From positions 1-46,196 of IMG/VR virus record IMGVR_UViG_3300044487_000006: a stretch of 46,196 nt of DNA. One strand, 5' to 3'. This stretch comes from a virus. Its lineage: Duplodnaviria; Caudoviricetes. The number at the start of each line of letters is the position of its first letter. The stretch's first letter is position 1. Below are positions 44,367 to 46,196 of this stretch, piece after piece. The notes beneath the pieces were generated by a model. That model had not been told where the DNA came from. It worked only from the letters and a program-made list of their open reading frames with translations, and made no database searches. The position numbers were made by a program, and so were the translations under genes.

Positions 44367-44708
44367 ATGTGTGAGAAGTGCGAGAAGGACGACATGCTGG
44401 CGCAGCGGCACGTGCTCGACGGGGGCGCAATGGCGATCATCGAGATCCACAAGGACGGCACGACCGTCATCCACGGCAAGGGCATCGACCTGTTCCAGTT
44501 GCTGGCGCTGCGCGGCATCCTCAAGATGAACCTGCGCGGACTCAACACGCGGAACTTCAGGCAGGCGTGCGACAAGACCCGCGAGCTGTTGGGCCTGCCC
44601 ATGAAGGCGCGCAACTCCAAGGTGGACACGAGCCTCCTGCTCGACGCATTGGAGGACAAGATCGCCCAGATGCAGACGCAGGTGACGCGTAGGAAGAAGT
44701 CGAGCTGA
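44367..44708 (+). CDS. hypothetical protein
   Basis: GGAGG RBS, 113 aa. Confidence 0.65.
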   Translation: MCEKCEKDDMLAQRHVLDGGAMAIIEIHKDGTTVIHGKGIDLFQLLALRGILKMNLRGLNTRNFRQACDKTRELLGLPMKARNSKVDTSLLLDALEDKIAQMQTQVTRRKKSS

Positions 44709-44732
44709 CCCTTTCCGCACGCGACGTGGCGC

Positions 44733-44761
44733 TTGACTGCCCTAGGCCTGTTGCCTAGGGT
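44733..44761 (+). promoter_or_regulatory. sigma70-type promoter with palindrome over the spacer and -10
   Basis: TTGACT-N17-TAGGGT; CCCTAGGC-ctgtt-GCCTAGGG. Confidence 0.65.
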
Positions 44762-44790
44762 GGTCGCGCTACGAAGCACCGAGGACCCAA

Positions 44791-44985
44791 ATGAAAGACG
44801 AATGTAAGAAGTGTGGCCCGCAGGGGTGTTGCGGCCCTTGCTACGATTTCTGTGGCTGCTGGCATTGCTGGTTTGGATGGGGAGAGCTGACCCTTTGGCA
44901 GAAGATCAAGGGGCGCATCGAATACTTGTGGCTTAGCCGGCGGGTAATCCTGCACAAGGGCCTCTGTGCATGGTGGTACTCGTGA
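44791..44985 (+). CDS. small Cys/Trp-rich protein
   Basis: GAGGA RBS; CKKC..GCCGPC..FCGCWHC. Confidence 0.45.
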   Translation: MKDECKKCGPQGCCGPCYDFCGCWHCWFGWGELTLWQKIKGRIEYLWLSRRVILHKGLCAWWYS

Positions 44986-45944
44986 CAACTGACGAGACGC
45001 CACTGCTCCCTATCGAGGGGGTGTTCATCGACGTTGCCCGCGCACTGAAGGTGCCGCCACAGTGGATCATCCCTGACGTGGTGCCCGAGGGGCTGCTCAT
45101 CATCGCCGGGCCGCCCAAGGAGAGCTTCAAGTCCACCATCACCATGGGCATGGCCGCCATCATCGCGGGGGCTTCGAGCAAGGCGCTGCCTGCTGACTGG
45201 ACGGCAGCACGGCAGGGTCCGGTGATGGTCTTCAGCCACGAGGCAGACGCTGGCGAGCTGCGATTCATCCTCGAAGACGGGCTCGGCGCAGTCCTCGCCA
45301 AAGATGAGTCGATCCTCGTGGCGGAAAGGCCAGAGGAGTTCATGCTGGACGATGAGGACGGGCGCAAGGAGATGATGCACTGGCTCGACGCGCGGGGCCC
45401 AGTGCTGACCTTCATCGATCCACTGGCCAACTTCCACAACCTCGAAGAGAAGGACGCCTCGCAGATGATTCAGTGCGTGGCTCCGCTGCGCAGGTGGGCG
45501 AAGCGCGAGCACGCCTGCATCTGCATCGTCCACCACACGCGGAAGCTCGAAGAGGAGAGGAACTACAAGGCGTCGGACCTGCGCGGCACGGGTGCGCTGT
45601 TCGGTCTGTGCGACGGGCTCATCATGCTGACCCCGACGCAGAATCCGTACGAGCTGATACTCGACGCCAAGATGAAGCGCGGCAAGGCGTGGATCAAAAC
45701 CATCACGCTTGGCGCATGGGACAACAAGGGCCAGCAGGGTGGCGAGGTGTTGCGCGAGGTGGACAAGCTCATCATCAAGGCGATCCGCCTCGGGTACACG
45801 TCGCTTGCGAAGATCTGTCGGCACACTGCGCTGAATGAGCGCAACGTCAAGCCCCGCCTCGACAAGCTGACCAAGACGGGGTACCTGAAGACACGGCAGG
45901 ACGCCAACAACAAACAGATCTGGAAGGTGGTGGCGCGTGGCTGA
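44970..45944 (+). CDS. AAA_25 / RepA-like SF4 helicase with C-terminal winged HTH
   Basis: WIIPDVVPEG, IAGPPKESFKST (Walker A), TFIDP (Walker B), VHHTRK, DLRGTGA. Confidence 0.88.
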   Translation: MVVLVTTDETPLLPIEGVFIDVARALKVPPQWIIPDVVPEGLLIIAGPPKESFKSTITMGMAAIIAGASSKALPADWTAARQGPVMVFSHEADAGELRFILEDGLGAVLAKDESILVAERPEEFMLDDEDGRKEMMHWLDARGPVLTFIDPLANFHNLEEKDASQMIQCVAPLRRWAKREHACICIVHHTRKLEEERNYKASDLRGTGALFGLCDGLIMLTPTQNPYELILDAKMKRGKAWIKTITLGAWDNKGQQGGEVLREVDKLIIKAIRLGYTSLAKICRHTALNERNVKPRLDKLTKTGYLKTRQDANNKQIWKVVARG

Positions 45945-46196
45945 CGAAGACAAGAAGATGATGCACAAGTTCGTGTTCCACTGGGTCGGCTTCGTCAGCG
46001 GCTACGTGGAGGTGGAGACAGACGGCGAGGTGGTCAACACCAAGCTGCTGGCCGCCCCCAACCTGACAGTCAGCGCTGCGATGACTGCGATGGGGCTCGG
46101 CGCACTGACGCCCGAGATGCAAGCAGAGTTGGGGACTGACCTTCAGATGTACGCGACGCAGTGCATCCTCATGAACGTCAGCACGGGCGTCACGGA
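45937..46196 (+). CDS. hypothetical protein (partial; runs off the end)
   Basis: GTG start ADEDKKMMHKFVFHW, open to the window end. Confidence 0.6.
   Translation, partial: MADEDKKMMHKFVFHWVGFVSGYVEVETDGEVVNTKLLAAPNLTVSAAMTAMGLGALTPEMQAELGTDLQMYATQCILMNVSTGVT

Overview
This window looks like an essentially complete, high-GC tailed phage genome of about 46 kb with podovirus-type organisation. The last and first bases can be joined into one continuous ORF, so it is probably circularly permuted. The + strand arm (36438 to the end, continuing 1-14093) carries small early genes, an AAA_25/RepA-type SF4 helicase, SNF2 and UvrD helicases, a Cas4-like PD-(D/E)XK exonuclease, a Sak4-like ATPase, an SSB-like protein, a UDG-like protein, a family A DNA polymerase and an H1-like basic protein. 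The - strand arm (36367 to 14141) carries a Cro-like HTH gene, small and large terminase, portal, scaffold, N4-gp56-type major capsid, adaptor and nozzle, three Cys-free ejection proteins, a LamG-SGNH protein and a lysis cassette. I recognised no integrase, RNA polymerase, primase, tRNA or CRISPR array. The most striking observations are four. (1) Every tail-fibre or receptor-binding candidate has an N-terminal signal peptide and exactly four mature-region cysteines, suggesting virion parts that are exported and disulfide-bonded. (2) A family-4 UDG domain is split between a stand-alone gene and the first ~30 residues of the polymerase, with a zinc-finger gene in between. (3) Two small helical-hairpin proteins resemble Tad1/Acb2-type immune-signal sponges. 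(4) A promoter-plus-hairpin element occurs twice, in opposite orientations. All family calls come from motif recognition by eye, not from database searches.
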